From: an uncultured virus (IMG/VR IMGVR_UViG_3300027834_000001)
Taxonomy: Duplodnaviria; Heunggongvirae; Uroviricota; Caudoviricetes
Virus record (IMG/VR): IMGVR_UViG_3300027834_000001
Reading direction: 5' to 3' (one strand)
DNA: 20,000 nt
A program made the position numbers and the translations under genes. Below, piece by piece: positions 1-7,568 of this stretch. Position 1 is the first letter of the stretch. Every line of letters starts with the position of its first letter. The notes under the pieces are model-generated. The model made no database searches. It was not told the DNA's origin and saw nothing but the letters and a program-made list of their open reading frames with translations.

Positions 1-32
1 TCGATGGAACTTACGCAAAATGCGGAGGAACG

Positions 33-314
33 ATGACGCACGAAGAGTTGAAGAACAAGCTGCTCAAAGCAATGGGCGGACGAGTACCGATCCCAGCTAG
101 AGAGACGTGGGCTACCTTCCTCAGAAGTGGGGGAGACAGCTTCTTCATGAACTGGGACTGGATGAAAGACCTTCGCATAGAGAAGTGGGCAGAAGATCAC
201 CCTGATCTGGAAGCCTACGACAGCACCAATGGTTTGACTATCGAGATTTACCATGAGTTCACAGACAACGGTCGCCCTTTAGGAGGATTAAAAAGCACTC
301 TGATAGACAAATAG
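33..314 (+). CDS. hypothetical phage protein (93 aa)
   Basis: ORF with GGAGG RBS 3 nt upstream of ATG (short spacing); stop codon lies inside the downstream promoter repeat. Confidence 0.7.
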   Translation: MTHEELKNKLLKAMGGRVPIPARETWATFLRSGGDSFFMNWDWMKDLRIEKWAEDHPDLEAYDSTNGLTIEIYHEFTDNGRPLGGLKSTLIDK

Positions 315-346
315 AGTTTGTCTTGCCCCGCGCCCGTGCGTAGTAT
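306..346 (+). promoter_or_regulatory. repeat promoter copy 1
   Basis: GACAAATAGAGTTTGTC palindrome; -35 TTGTCT 318-323, 17-nt spacer, -10 TAGTAT 341-346. Confidence 0.75.
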
Positions 347-385
347 GTAGGCTCAGAATAACATATAGCCCCAAAGGATATAGAG

Positions 386-1129
386 ATGGCAAAACTCCAT
401 GAACTGTTGGCCGTGATGGCTGACACAACCAATGCCGCGCAAGCGGTGACCAAGGAGACCAGCACGGTCTTTGCGAAGAAAGCGGAACACTTCCGCGGAG
501 CATCCAAGACGGTTGCTTTCTTCGAGAGTTCACGCGAAGGTGAAAACACCACCGAGAGCAAGCAAATGGTGACTACGGTCGCTGATAAGCTTGATCACGC
601 CTTCAAATCTGTTGGTCGCCACTATGATGCTCTCCTGCAACTCGAAGAAGCCAATGGCCGTGCCAAGGCAGACCTCGTAGTTGACGGTACGACCATCATG
701 AAGGACGTCCCTGCGACCTTCCTCTTGGGCATGGAGAGCCGCCTCAAAGCTGTCCGCGAAATGATCCTGGTCATTCCGACGCTGGAGATGTCAATCAAAT
801 GGACACCGGACGCCAACCTCGGCGAAGGGGTCTACCGTTCGGAAGCCACTGTGGCCATGAAAACTGAGAAGACGCTCAAGTCGCGCATCTTGGTGGAACC
901 CACGAAGGAGCATCCGGCCCAAGTGGAGAAATGGAACGAAGACGTTCCTGTCGCCCGTATTGAAACAACGCACACTTCGAGCATGATTACGCCGCACGAG
1001 AAATCGGCCATGCTGCTTCGGTGTGACAAAATGATCTCTGCTGTGAAGAAGGCTCGCCAACGAGCGAACACTGTCGCGGTCACTGATCTGAGCATTGCCA
1101 AGGAGATCTTCGGATATATCCAAGGCTAA
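386..1129 (+). CDS. conserved helical protein of unknown function (DUF7873-like, recalled from actinobacterial/phage homologs), upstream of ncRNA
   Basis: 247 aa, RBS AAGGA; motifs KLHELLAV, ANGRAKADLVVDG, VPATFLLGME, TKEHPAQVE, AVKKARQRAN match a widespread uncharacterised family from memory. Confidence 0.8.
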   Translation: MAKLHELLAVMADTTNAAQAVTKETSTVFAKKAEHFRGASKTVAFFESSREGENTTESKQMVTTVADKLDHAFKSVGRHYDALLQLEEANGRAKADLVVDGTTIMKDVPATFLLGMESRLKAVREMILVIPTLEMSIKWTPDANLGEGVYRSEATVAMKTEKTLKSRILVEPTKEHPAQVEKWNEDVPVARIETTHTSSMITPHEKSAMLLRCDKMISAVKKARQRANTVAVTDLSIAKEIFGYIQG

Positions 1130-1492
1130 ACTGATCCCATAGGGGATAGACTGAGACTGAGACTGAATTATGCGGGTGGAAAACTCCAAGGAGGTAATCA
1201 ATTCCCGTAACTCATACTTGAGAGACTTATGCCCCTCAATGTGAGAAACGAAGTAACTGAAAGACGAGAGATCGCCTTGAAAATGAAGTCGCTGGTTCGA
1301 ATCCAGTCCCGCCTACCAACACCCTTTCGTTGGACTGAGGGCGGGTAGCTCAGTGGTAGAGCGCGTTGATAAGAGTGAAGCGATCTCAGTGGTCTGAAAG
1401 TTGATCGGGTGCTGCTCTTGAATGAGCACTTGATTTTTAATCAAAGCAACAGGGGTCGGTGGATAGGAACTTCCATCGGCCCCACCTGCTTG
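1130..1492 (+). ncRNA. structured non-coding RNA with circularly permuted tRNA-like domain
   Basis: T arm GCTGG-TTCGAAT-CCAGT 1291-1307; acceptor 3' strand CCCGCCT-A-CCA 1308-1318; acceptor 5' strand GGGCGGG 1339-1345; D arm GCTC-AGTGGTA-GAGC 1348-1362; closing helix GAGATCGC 1268-1275/GCGATCTC 1380-1387; further hairpins ~1404-1434 and 1452-1483; no plausible ORF; ends approximate. Confidence 0.8.
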
Positions 1493-1493
1493 G

Positions 1494-1534
1494 GACAAGT
1501 AGATGTTGTCATATGCCGCTTCGTGCTGTACTAT
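1494..1534 (+). promoter_or_regulatory. repeat promoter copy 2
   Basis: GACAA-GTAGATG-TTGTC; -35 TTGTCA 1506-1511, 17 nt, -10 TACTAT 1529-1534. Confidence 0.8.
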
Positions 1535-1559
1535 AAAGGCTCAATAGTTAGGAGGCTAC

Positions 1560-2231
1560 ATGACAGACCCACCTTTCAAGACTGGTGACGAGGTACGGTT
1601 GAAGACCGGTAAATCTCCGATCATCGTTCTGGAAGTGGATTACTTCGACGAGAACGATAAGGTTCCCTACTACGCGAAACGCAATTGGGGAAACAACTAT
1701 GTCCAGGGTCGCGGTCGCTATAAGCCGAAGCCTGGATGGTATATCCGCTTCACTTACAAGAGTTCCATGCACTGTACTGACCACGACAGAAAGTGGCGGG
1801 AAGCAGAGGACTTTCAATTTTATCACGACCAACCCAAGAAGGAAACGATCCCGATGGACGTACTCTATCAAACCAATGAAGAAAATCCCCGCTTCGGTGT
1901 TTACCGTGGCGTGAACGGCAATGGTGAATTCATCCTAGAGATGAAAGGCGTGGACGCAAACTATGAAGCGTTCCCTCAGGACCAGATCGAAGAGGTTCTG
2001 CCCTACACTGTCGAGTTGACCGAACTGCGCGTCGATCCTTCCTGCAAGCCGAAGTCGATCCATGTGCTGGCCAAGAAAGGTCAGGTCGAGAAGGCCGACG
2101 TCATGCTGGAACTCAACTCTGGTATCTTCTGGCGCGTCACCAAGCCGGACAGCAAGTGCCGCTCTCCGAAGGAAAACAAATCCAAGTGGATGAAGGTTCC
2201 ACTCTCGCCTGTTACTTTTGGCGAACAGTAG
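1560..2231 (+). CDS. hypothetical protein with N-terminal YodC/DUF2158-like SH3-type motif
   Basis: FKTGDEVRLKTGKSPIIV resembles FxxGDxVxLKSGGPxMTV; RBS AGGAGGCTAC. Confidence 0.7.
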   Translation: MTDPPFKTGDEVRLKTGKSPIIVLEVDYFDENDKVPYYAKRNWGNNYVQGRGRYKPKPGWYIRFTYKSSMHCTDHDRKWREAEDFQFYHDQPKKETIPMDVLYQTNEENPRFGVYRGVNGNGEFILEMKGVDANYEAFPQDQIEEVLPYTVELTELRVDPSCKPKSIHVLAKKGQVEKADVMLELNSGIFWRVTKPDSKCRSPKENKSKWMKVPLSPVTFGEQ

Positions 2232-2263
2232 AACTGGTCACAGGGTTGTCCTTGGGTTATGCT
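2223..2263 (+). promoter_or_regulatory. repeat promoter copy 3
   Basis: GAACAGTAGAACTGGTCA; -35 TGGTCA 2235-2240, 17 nt, -10 TATGCT 2258-2263. Confidence 0.7.
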
Positions 2264-2288
2264 AAATAACACAATAAAGGACCGCTCA

Positions 2289-2405
2289 ATGTACCTAATC
2301 AACCTCGTGCGAGCATGGGCGGCTGATAGCCTGATCCAACTCGGTTATTCTATTGCACCCGACCACTATTTGGAAGGGATGCTCGCACAACAACCGGAAG
2401 AGTGA
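2289..2405 (+). CDS. small hypothetical protein (38 aa, MYLINLVRAWAADSLIQLGY...)
   Basis: read manually; AAAGGA RBS; first ORF after promoter copy 3. Confidence 0.55.
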   Translation: MYLINLVRAWAADSLIQLGYSIAPDHYLEGMLAQQPEE

Positions 2406-2412
2406 GGCTACC

Positions 2413-3135
2413 ATGACCGACATGATTGAAAAGATTGCCGCGCTCAGAGCTAAGATCCCTGAGAACGGCGCAACCGAAGATGAGGCGATTGCTGCGCTGG
2501 CTATTGCTGAAAAGCTTATGGAGAAGCATGGCATCACCGAGGCGGACCTCGCGAACGTTCAGTTCAAGCGGGACATGCGTCAAGGTGGTTTCGAGCAGAA
2601 ACAGAAGCAGGAGCATCCCTCGCAAAAATACTGCGATACGACGATTGCTCGCTACTGTGGAACCAAGGCGTGGAATGGTCGATCTCAGACTGTGAAGGGG
2701 AAGAAGACCACAGAACTCTTCGGCTTTGCTGGCGACGTGGAGATGCACGAATTCCTCTTGGGCTTGATCCACGACAGCATGAACCGTGGCTGGAAGGAAT
2801 TCCTCAAACTCAACGTCAAGTCTGATCAGTCGCGTCATACGCAATACTGGTCCTTCATGATTGGCTTCGCCGAGCGTATCAACGATAAGCTGGATGAACT
2901 GATCAATGCTCGAGTAGCCCAAGTAGGAACGGGAACCGATCTCGTAACCGCGAAGATGGCGCTGGTTGAGCAGGGATTGGAAGCCATGCTGCCAGCCTTG
3001 CAGACACGCGAGGGACGCTCAAGTAAGACCCGAGTGAACCACGACGCCTATGGTCAAGGCCAAGCCGCAGGTGATAAAGTCAACCTTCAACGGCCAATTC
3101 AACAAGGTCAATCCAATATGAAGAGGATTTCATAA
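2413..3135 (+). CDS. DUF2786-domain protein
   Basis: N-terminus IEKIAALRAK...GATEDEAIAALAIAEKLMEKHGI typical of DUF2786; C-terminal AYGQGQAAGDKVNL; start moved to ATG 2413 after GAGGCTACC. Confidence 0.8.
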   Translation: MTDMIEKIAALRAKIPENGATEDEAIAALAIAEKLMEKHGITEADLANVQFKRDMRQGGFEQKQKQEHPSQKYCDTTIARYCGTKAWNGRSQTVKGKKTTELFGFAGDVEMHEFLLGLIHDSMNRGWKEFLKLNVKSDQSRHTQYWSFMIGFAERINDKLDELINARVAQVGTGTDLVTAKMALVEQGLEAMLPALQTREGRSSKTRVNHDAYGQGQAAGDKVNLQRPIQQGQSNMKRIS

Positions 3136-3465
3136 ATGTCACTGGTGTCACGCATCGCCAAGAAGATCCGCCGCCGCTTACGGAAGAAAGGGAGTCGCGC
3201 TGATAATCCTTCATCAACGATGACTACAGCTGAGAAGCTGATCATGAACAACTGGAACATCTCGTTCAAGTTCCCCGAGCCTGCTCGGTCTGGCCTTTAC
3301 CGTGCGATTGATCGCGACACGGCCAAGAAGAAAGCCAACGCTAAGATCCCTGTGATCAAGCGTGAGCCGACCCGTCAGGTTCTCCGTGCGTTGACTCGTC
3401 GCGCCGAGAAAGATCATCGTCGCCAGATGAACATCAAGTTCACGCAGAAGCGCACTACGGGATAA
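3136..3465 (+). CDS. basic hypothetical protein (109 aa)
   Basis: abuts previous stop; Arg/Lys-rich. Confidence 0.65.
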   Translation: MSLVSRIAKKIRRRLRKKGSRADNPSSTMTTAEKLIMNNWNISFKFPEPARSGLYRAIDRDTAKKKANAKIPVIKREPTRQVLRALTRRAEKDHRRQMNIKFTQKRTTG

Positions 3466-3501
3466 ATAGAACTTGTCATTGAGGCCTCCTGAGCGCATAC
3501 T
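3461..3501 (+). promoter_or_regulatory. repeat promoter copy 4
   Basis: GATAAATAGAACTTGTCA; -35 TTGTCA 3473-3478, 17 nt, -10 CATACT 3496-3501. Confidence 0.8.
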
Positions 3502-3526
3502 GGTTGCAGCTTAGGAGGCTACCGCA

Positions 3527-3790
3527 ATGACAGAATGTATTAAGACCGGAGCGCATGTTCGTCTCAACTGCCATACTGAATGGCTCTATGGCGACGTCTT
3601 CCGTACCAGCCAAGGAACTCTACTCATGCGCGTATGCGACCGCCGCAGAGAACCACTACTGGACGTGAAACATTTTACATTCATGAGTTATGATGTCTGG
3701 TTCGATGAGAACGAGACTTCTAGCAATCGCAATTCAACTCTCGTGGCCGAAGGGTTCATTGACCATGGATATGAAGGAATATCGATATGA
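3527..3790 (+). CDS. hypothetical protein (87 aa)
   Basis: RBS AGGAGGCTACC. Confidence 0.7.
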   Translation: MTECIKTGAHVRLNCHTEWLYGDVFRTSQGTLLMRVCDRRREPLLDVKHFTFMSYDVWFDENETSSNRNSTLVAEGFIDHGYEGISI

Positions 3791-3948
3791 ATTGGGAATA
3801 CTACATGGAACGAGATCTTACATGGAACGATCTCAATAATCTAGGTCAGCAGAGATATGAATTAGTATCTGTGTTCATCTGTCATCCTGGTGATGAATGC
3901 AACCCACCCTCTCATATGTTTGTGTTTAAACGACAGGAAATTAAATAA
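3787..3948 (+). CDS. DUF4177-like small protein (53 aa)
   Basis: read manually: MNWEYY...LNNLGQQRYELVSV...FVFKR matches the WEY/LNxLGxxGWELV/FKR pattern; ATGA and TAATG overlaps with neighbours. Confidence 0.65.
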   Translation: MNWEYYMERDLTWNDLNNLGQQRYELVSVFICHPGDECNPPSHMFVFKRQEIK

Positions 3949-4973
3949 TGCTGCTATTTGAAAATCATGGACTGATGCCGCTGGAGGCAGCGACTACCTT
4001 CGGTATCAACGTGAAGCTAGGGGAGAACCCGATTGGTTTCTTCGGAACTGGTCTCAAGTACGCTATCGCAGTTTGCCTTCGTCTTGGCGGCACGTTTCGC
4101 CTCTTCTTGGGTGAAACTGAATATGAATTCTACGTCAAGGATGACGACTTTCGCGGTAAGGAGTTCGGCTTTATCCGGATGCGGAAACGCAACTCTCGGA
4201 TGAAACGCTGGTCCTACCAGAAGCTGGCCTTCACGACAGAACTCGGCAAGCATTGGGAGCCGTGGATGGCTGTCCGTGAACTGGAGAGCAACACACGTGA
4301 TGAAAACGGGGAGTCTTACTCTATCCCTGTGTTTGATGATACACAAATTTTCGGCTTTAATAACATGACCAAGATTGTCATTGAATGTGATGCAATGGAA
4401 GAGGCTTATGAGCATGAGACCATTTTCATGCCGGAAAGTGAACTGCTCCACGATTATGGCTTTGTCGAGATCTATGAAGGTGTATCCAATCACATCTTCT
4501 ACCGTGGGCTTCGTGTCACTGACATGGATAAGCCTGCGATGTTCACATACAACTTCACAGACCGCGTCACTCTGACCGAGGATCGGACCTCCAAGTGGCC
4601 ATATTCTGACCAGATCCACGTGATGCAGGCTTTACAATCACTGACAGACGTGGAATTGCTGGACAAGATCATGGATGCCGATGAGGATAGTTGCTGGGAA
4701 GTGGGTCTACCTTGGGATACAGACTATGGTGATCAAGGCACAACTTACGTCGCTCAGGTGGGTTATCGTTACCACTCCGGCGGAGCATTACCCAAGCGGA
4801 TGAAATCCTTCTACGACAGTCGGGTTGAGGAAGATGCCCAAGAGAAGTTCAAGGAAGTCAAGCTATCGCAACCGATGATCGACCGTATTGTCTCGGCGCT
4901 ACAGGATACTGGCCAACAGGATATTGATGGCCGGATCTTTAAACAACTAGGTGAATTGGAGATACCGTTTTGA
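3948..4973 (+). CDS. GHKL (HATPase-like) domain protein with permuted motif order
   Basis: ENHGLM (G1-like), IGFFGTGLK (G2), then AVRELESNTRDE (N-box-like). Confidence 0.7.
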   Translation: MLLFENHGLMPLEAATTFGINVKLGENPIGFFGTGLKYAIAVCLRLGGTFRLFLGETEYEFYVKDDDFRGKEFGFIRMRKRNSRMKRWSYQKLAFTTELGKHWEPWMAVRELESNTRDENGESYSIPVFDDTQIFGFNNMTKIVIECDAMEEAYEHETIFMPESELLHDYGFVEIYEGVSNHIFYRGLRVTDMDKPAMFTYNFTDRVTLTEDRTSKWPYSDQIHVMQALQSLTDVELLDKIMDADEDSCWEVGLPWDTDYGDQGTTYVAQVGYRYHSGGALPKRMKSFYDSRVEEDAQEKFKEVKLSQPMIDRIVSALQDTGQQDIDGRIFKQLGELEIPF

Positions 4974-5266
4974 TGGACACATTTTATATCTGGGGACCGA
5001 TCCTATTTGCGTTGATTGTAATGATCATCCATGTAAAATGGGATCCTACATTCAGGCCAGTTAACAAGAGAGGCGGCTTCTATGATCCGTACATCAAGCA
5101 AGCCAGGATCGACCAGAAGAACGCAGACTATCCTGGATGCCAACTTGGTATCATGCAATGCCGATCAACCGTATGCGGCTGCAACGAAAGACGACCACAC
5201 CGCGAGTTCGTAAAGAAGCGGGCCTTTTACCTCATGGAGAATGGAATACCTGATGACGATACCTGA
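4970..5266 (+). CDS. hypothetical protein with N-terminal TM helix and Cys cluster
   Basis: IWGPILFALIVMIIHV hydrophobic stretch; overlaps previous stop. Confidence 0.6.
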   Translation: MMDTFYIWGPILFALIVMIIHVKWDPTFRPVNKRGGFYDPYIKQARIDQKNADYPGCQLGIMQCRSTVCGCNERRPHREFVKKRAFYLMENGIPDDDT

Positions 5267-5507
5267 TCCAAGTTCACAGTACGTGCCGAATTTCGGCTAC
5301 TGGCGACACCGGAAGACCAACGCTCGCTACGAGATCATTACCTTCGCCGTTGAAGAAGCAACCATGATACCTGTCGTTGTTTACAAAGGTCATGGTCCTA
5401 TGTCATCTCCAACGTGGACCCGTCCTTGCAGCGAGTTCTTCGAGATCGCCCGTTTTGTGCAGGTCAATCTGAACGAACTACCGACGGATGGAATGAACGA
5501 CAAATAG
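5241..5507 (+). CDS. DUF1653-domain protein
   Basis: YWRHRKTNARYEII...VVVYK...WTRPCSEFFE..RF; start may be 5253. Confidence 0.75.
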   Translation: MEYLMTIPDPSSQYVPNFGYWRHRKTNARYEIITFAVEEATMIPVVVYKGHGPMSSPTWTRPCSEFFEIARFVQVNLNELPTDGMNDK

Positions 5508-5540
5508 AAGTGGTCACAGGTAGCTTCCTTGGGTTATACT
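5499..5540 (+). promoter_or_regulatory. repeat promoter copy 5
   Basis: GACAAATAGAAGTGGTCA; -35 TGGTCA 5511-5516, 18 nt, -10 TATACT 5535-5540. Confidence 0.75.
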
Positions 5541-5550
5541 TATTGCATAA

Positions 5551-5614
5551 GCGAAGCGGGTTTTTGTGTTTTACCTGGAACCGTGACCGAGGCACGGGAC
5601 TTCGCACTCCTCGG
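5551..5614 (+). ncRNA. structured 5' leader (three-way junction plus pseudoknot)
   Basis: GCGAAG/CTTCGC, CGGGT/ACCTG, CCGTG/CACGG; loop CCGAGG complementary to downstream CCTCGG. Confidence 0.5.
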
Positions 5615-5633
5615 GAAATCTAAGGAGGCTACC

Positions 5634-5852
5634 ATGACGACGATCACTGAACCTAAACAGTTTGAGCACTTCCATATCGCCCAAGTAAGAGGCATCTGCC
5701 GCCTTCTCCACGTGGGTCTCAAGCAACGCGGGATGACCAAGCGCAAGGCCGCTGATATGGCTGGCGCGATCACTGGCAAGAAGTATAAAGTCAGTGAGTT
5801 GCATCAGGCAGCCGAGGACATCACCGCTCATCTGAAGGAGCATTACCATTGA
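5634..5852 (+). CDS. hypothetical protein (72 aa)
   Basis: start reassigned to ATG after AAGGAGGCTACC. Confidence 0.75.
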   Translation: MTTITEPKQFEHFHIAQVRGICRLLHVGLKQRGMTKRKAADMAGAITGKKYKVSELHQAAEDITAHLKEHYH

Positions 5853-6184
5853 CCCTAACCTTTGAATTTGAAGAGTTCCCTATTGAGGGACCAGACGGTG
5901 TTTCCGTAGATGAGAAAACCGTACTTTGTCAAGTTGACTTGACACTGATCTCTTTCGGCGAAGCGCCAGCACCAGCCTCACTGAATTATCCTGGAGATCC
6001 AGGAGAGCCACCTGAATATGAGATCGAGGAAGTTACACTCACTGATGTTCAGCACGGTGAGCAGAAGAGCGATGCTAATATATCACTTAGTCTCAGCGAA
6101 ACACAGTTTATCACGTTCTTTTCAAACGGTGCCGATGTGGTGAACAATGCTTACGAATGGGCCGCCGAACAAGAGATTGACTGA
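5849..6184 (+). CDS. acidic hypothetical protein (111 aa)
   Basis: TTG start overlapping previous stop; YPGDPGEPPEYEIEEV motif. Confidence 0.65.
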   Translation: MTLTFEFEEFPIEGPDGVSVDEKTVLCQVDLTLISFGEAPAPASLNYPGDPGEPPEYEIEEVTLTDVQHGEQKSDANISLSLSETQFITFFSNGADVVNNAYEWAAEQEID

Positions 6185-6191
6185 TCGTAAA

Positions 6192-6254
6192 TGGTCACCA
6201 GTATAGAATCGGAGTAAAATGAAGTTGTCACCTGCCTACCGTGGGTGATACCAT
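6192..6254 (+). promoter_or_regulatory. tandem sigma70-like promoters (degenerate repeat copies)
   Basis: TGGTCA 6192-6197/17 nt/TAAAAT 6215-6220 and TTGTCA 6225-6230/18 nt/TACCAT 6249-6254. Confidence 0.55.
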
Positions 6255-6262
6255 TAATCAAC

Positions 6263-6556
6263 ATGGTGAACAGTGTGCATATATCCTCGGGACTACGCGT
6301 CGGTTTCTGGAACCCCTCTCCTAAGTGGGGTGATACGCCGTTCAAATGTGTGGGACACTACAATGGACCTTCCTTGGGCGATCAATCACCTGGATGGCGC
6401 GGTGAACAGGAACTCATGGAGGGAACACTGAAATTTCGTGTCGGTGTTCTGTTCCGACCTGATCTCGGCGGTAAAAGACTTGAAACAATCCTGATCTTAG
6501 AGACTTACATCGAAGAGATGTTTGAGTACGAAGATTGGGAAGCAGCGACTGGATAG
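6263..6556 (+). CDS. hypothetical protein
   Basis: ORF 6245-6556; first ATG after the promoters is 6263, start uncertain. Confidence 0.5.
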   Translation: MVNSVHISSGLRVGFWNPSPKWGDTPFKCVGHYNGPSLGDQSPGWRGEQELMEGTLKFRVGVLFRPDLGGKRLETILILETYIEEMFEYEDWEAATG

Positions 6557-6559
6557 AAT

Positions 6560-6682
6560 ATGATCACCGAGTATATCGACCCCTTCCTAGTTACTTGCTC
6601 TCTTGCCATTCTTGGTGGGTTCTTTGGAGCAATCGGCGCTCGGTTCGGCTGGCATCTCGCTGGCAAGATTGTCTCCAGATAA
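6560..6682 (+). CDS. small membrane protein (40 aa)
   Basis: read manually: MITEYIDPFLVTCSLAILGGFFGAIGARFGWHLAGKIVSR. Confidence 0.5.
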   Translation: MITEYIDPFLVTCSLAILGGFFGAIGARFGWHLAGKIVSR

Positions 6683-6719
6683 ATAGAACTGGTCAACCTT
6701 GGTGTCCTTAGTGCATACT
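6678..6719 (+). promoter_or_regulatory. repeat promoter copy 6
   Basis: GATAAATAGAACTGGTCA; -35 TGGTCA 6690-6695, 18 nt, -10 CATACT 6714-6719. Confidence 0.75.
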
Positions 6720-6745
6720 TGTAGCACGTTAATTAGGAGGCTACC

Positions 6746-6988
6746 ATGCCAAACGATTTTGGAATACCCATCACAGACAACAATCTGTTGGAAGACTTAG
6801 CTACGGCTGAGGGATACGACGATCCGTTGGATATGATGGAAGACAACGTTCACGACAGCGTTGTTCCTGGGATTTGTACTGGTTGCAGGGGAACCCAACA
6901 GTGCGAGCCTGACGCTCGTGCCAATTGGTGCGACGAATGCGGAACCAATTCCGTCCGCTCGTGCCTTGATCTCGCTGGGGTGATCTAA
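6746..6988 (+). CDS. small zinc-ribbon protein (80 aa)
   Basis: GICTGC...CEPDARANWCDECG two CxxC pairs; RBS AGGAGGCTACC. Confidence 0.8.
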   Translation: MPNDFGIPITDNNLLEDLATAEGYDDPLDMMEDNVHDSVVPGICTGCRGTQQCEPDARANWCDECGTNSVRSCLDLAGVI

Positions 6989-6992
6989 CTGT

Positions 6993-7172
6993 ATGAATTT
7001 CATTGGGTGGGGACTCGATTACATTATAGCTAGTGCGATGTGGTTCATTGCACTGAATGGCTTCGTAATCTGGCGAGGTCGGGAAATACCAGAGGGAGGC
7101 GGATTCATGATCTGTTTACTGTCCGTTTTCCTTGGATTAATAACGGTGGTCACAGATGCGCTTTTGTTTTAG
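6993..7172 (+). CDS. small two-TM membrane protein (59 aa)
   Basis: read manually: MNFIGWGLDYIIASAMWFIALNGFVIW...FMICLLSVFLGLITVVTDALLF. Confidence 0.5.
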   Translation: MNFIGWGLDYIIASAMWFIALNGFVIWRGREIPEGGGFMICLLSVFLGLITVVTDALLF

Positions 7173-7365
7173 CCTTTTGTTATTGCTGGCGGCTTGCACT
7201 GAGCCTGAGCCATTCGTTCCGGTTCAGCAGCCAGTACCGAACTTCGATTGGCGGGTCTACAACGGCCCGTCGTATAGTGGACCTGTGGTTGTGGAAGTCC
7301 AAACGCAACCATCCTGGAAGCGAGCAACGTATGAGAACCGCGCTCGTAGAGTGGTAATTGAATGA
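7156..7365 (+). CDS. putative lipoprotein (69 aa)
   Basis: MRFCFSLLLLLAAC lipobox-like signal. Confidence 0.55.
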   Translation: MRFCFSLLLLLAACTEPEPFVPVQQPVPNFDWRVYNGPSYSGPVVVEVQTQPSWKRATYENRARRVVIE

Positions 7366-7568
7366 AACTATGGTCTCGGAGCCGCGTTCGTTATAACCGG
7401 CCTAAGACTATAAGAGTTCTCCCATCAGGTGAGGTTCAAAGAAAGTATTTGCGGGGAGGTAAGGAGCATGTCTGGAAGACAGTTGATTGCTTTACCCTCT
7501 CGCCAACGAAACAGCCGCGTTCATGCTCACGGGACTATAGAGCGCGGCTATTGCGGACCGCTTATTAG
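7362..7568 (+). CDS. basic hypothetical protein (68 aa)
   Basis: ATGA overlap with previous ORF. Confidence 0.55.
   Translation: MKLWSRSRVRYNRPKTIRVLPSGEVQRKYLRGGKEHVWKTVDCFTLSPTKQPRSCSRDYRARLLRTAY

Noticed and set aside
1286..1368. Canonical tRNA gene or pair of tRNA genes
   Set aside because: The halves are in reversed order, and neither has a partner half on the proper side or an intact anticodon stem-loop.
1255..1492. Two-piece (permuted) tmRNA
   Set aside because: Pair 3-70 is G-C rather than the alanine G-U determinant, a full D stem is present, and no tag reading frame is evident.
3801..3830. Tandem TACATGGAACGA duplication
   Set aside because: Only two 12-nt copies inside a small CDS; likely a local duplication with no sign of function.
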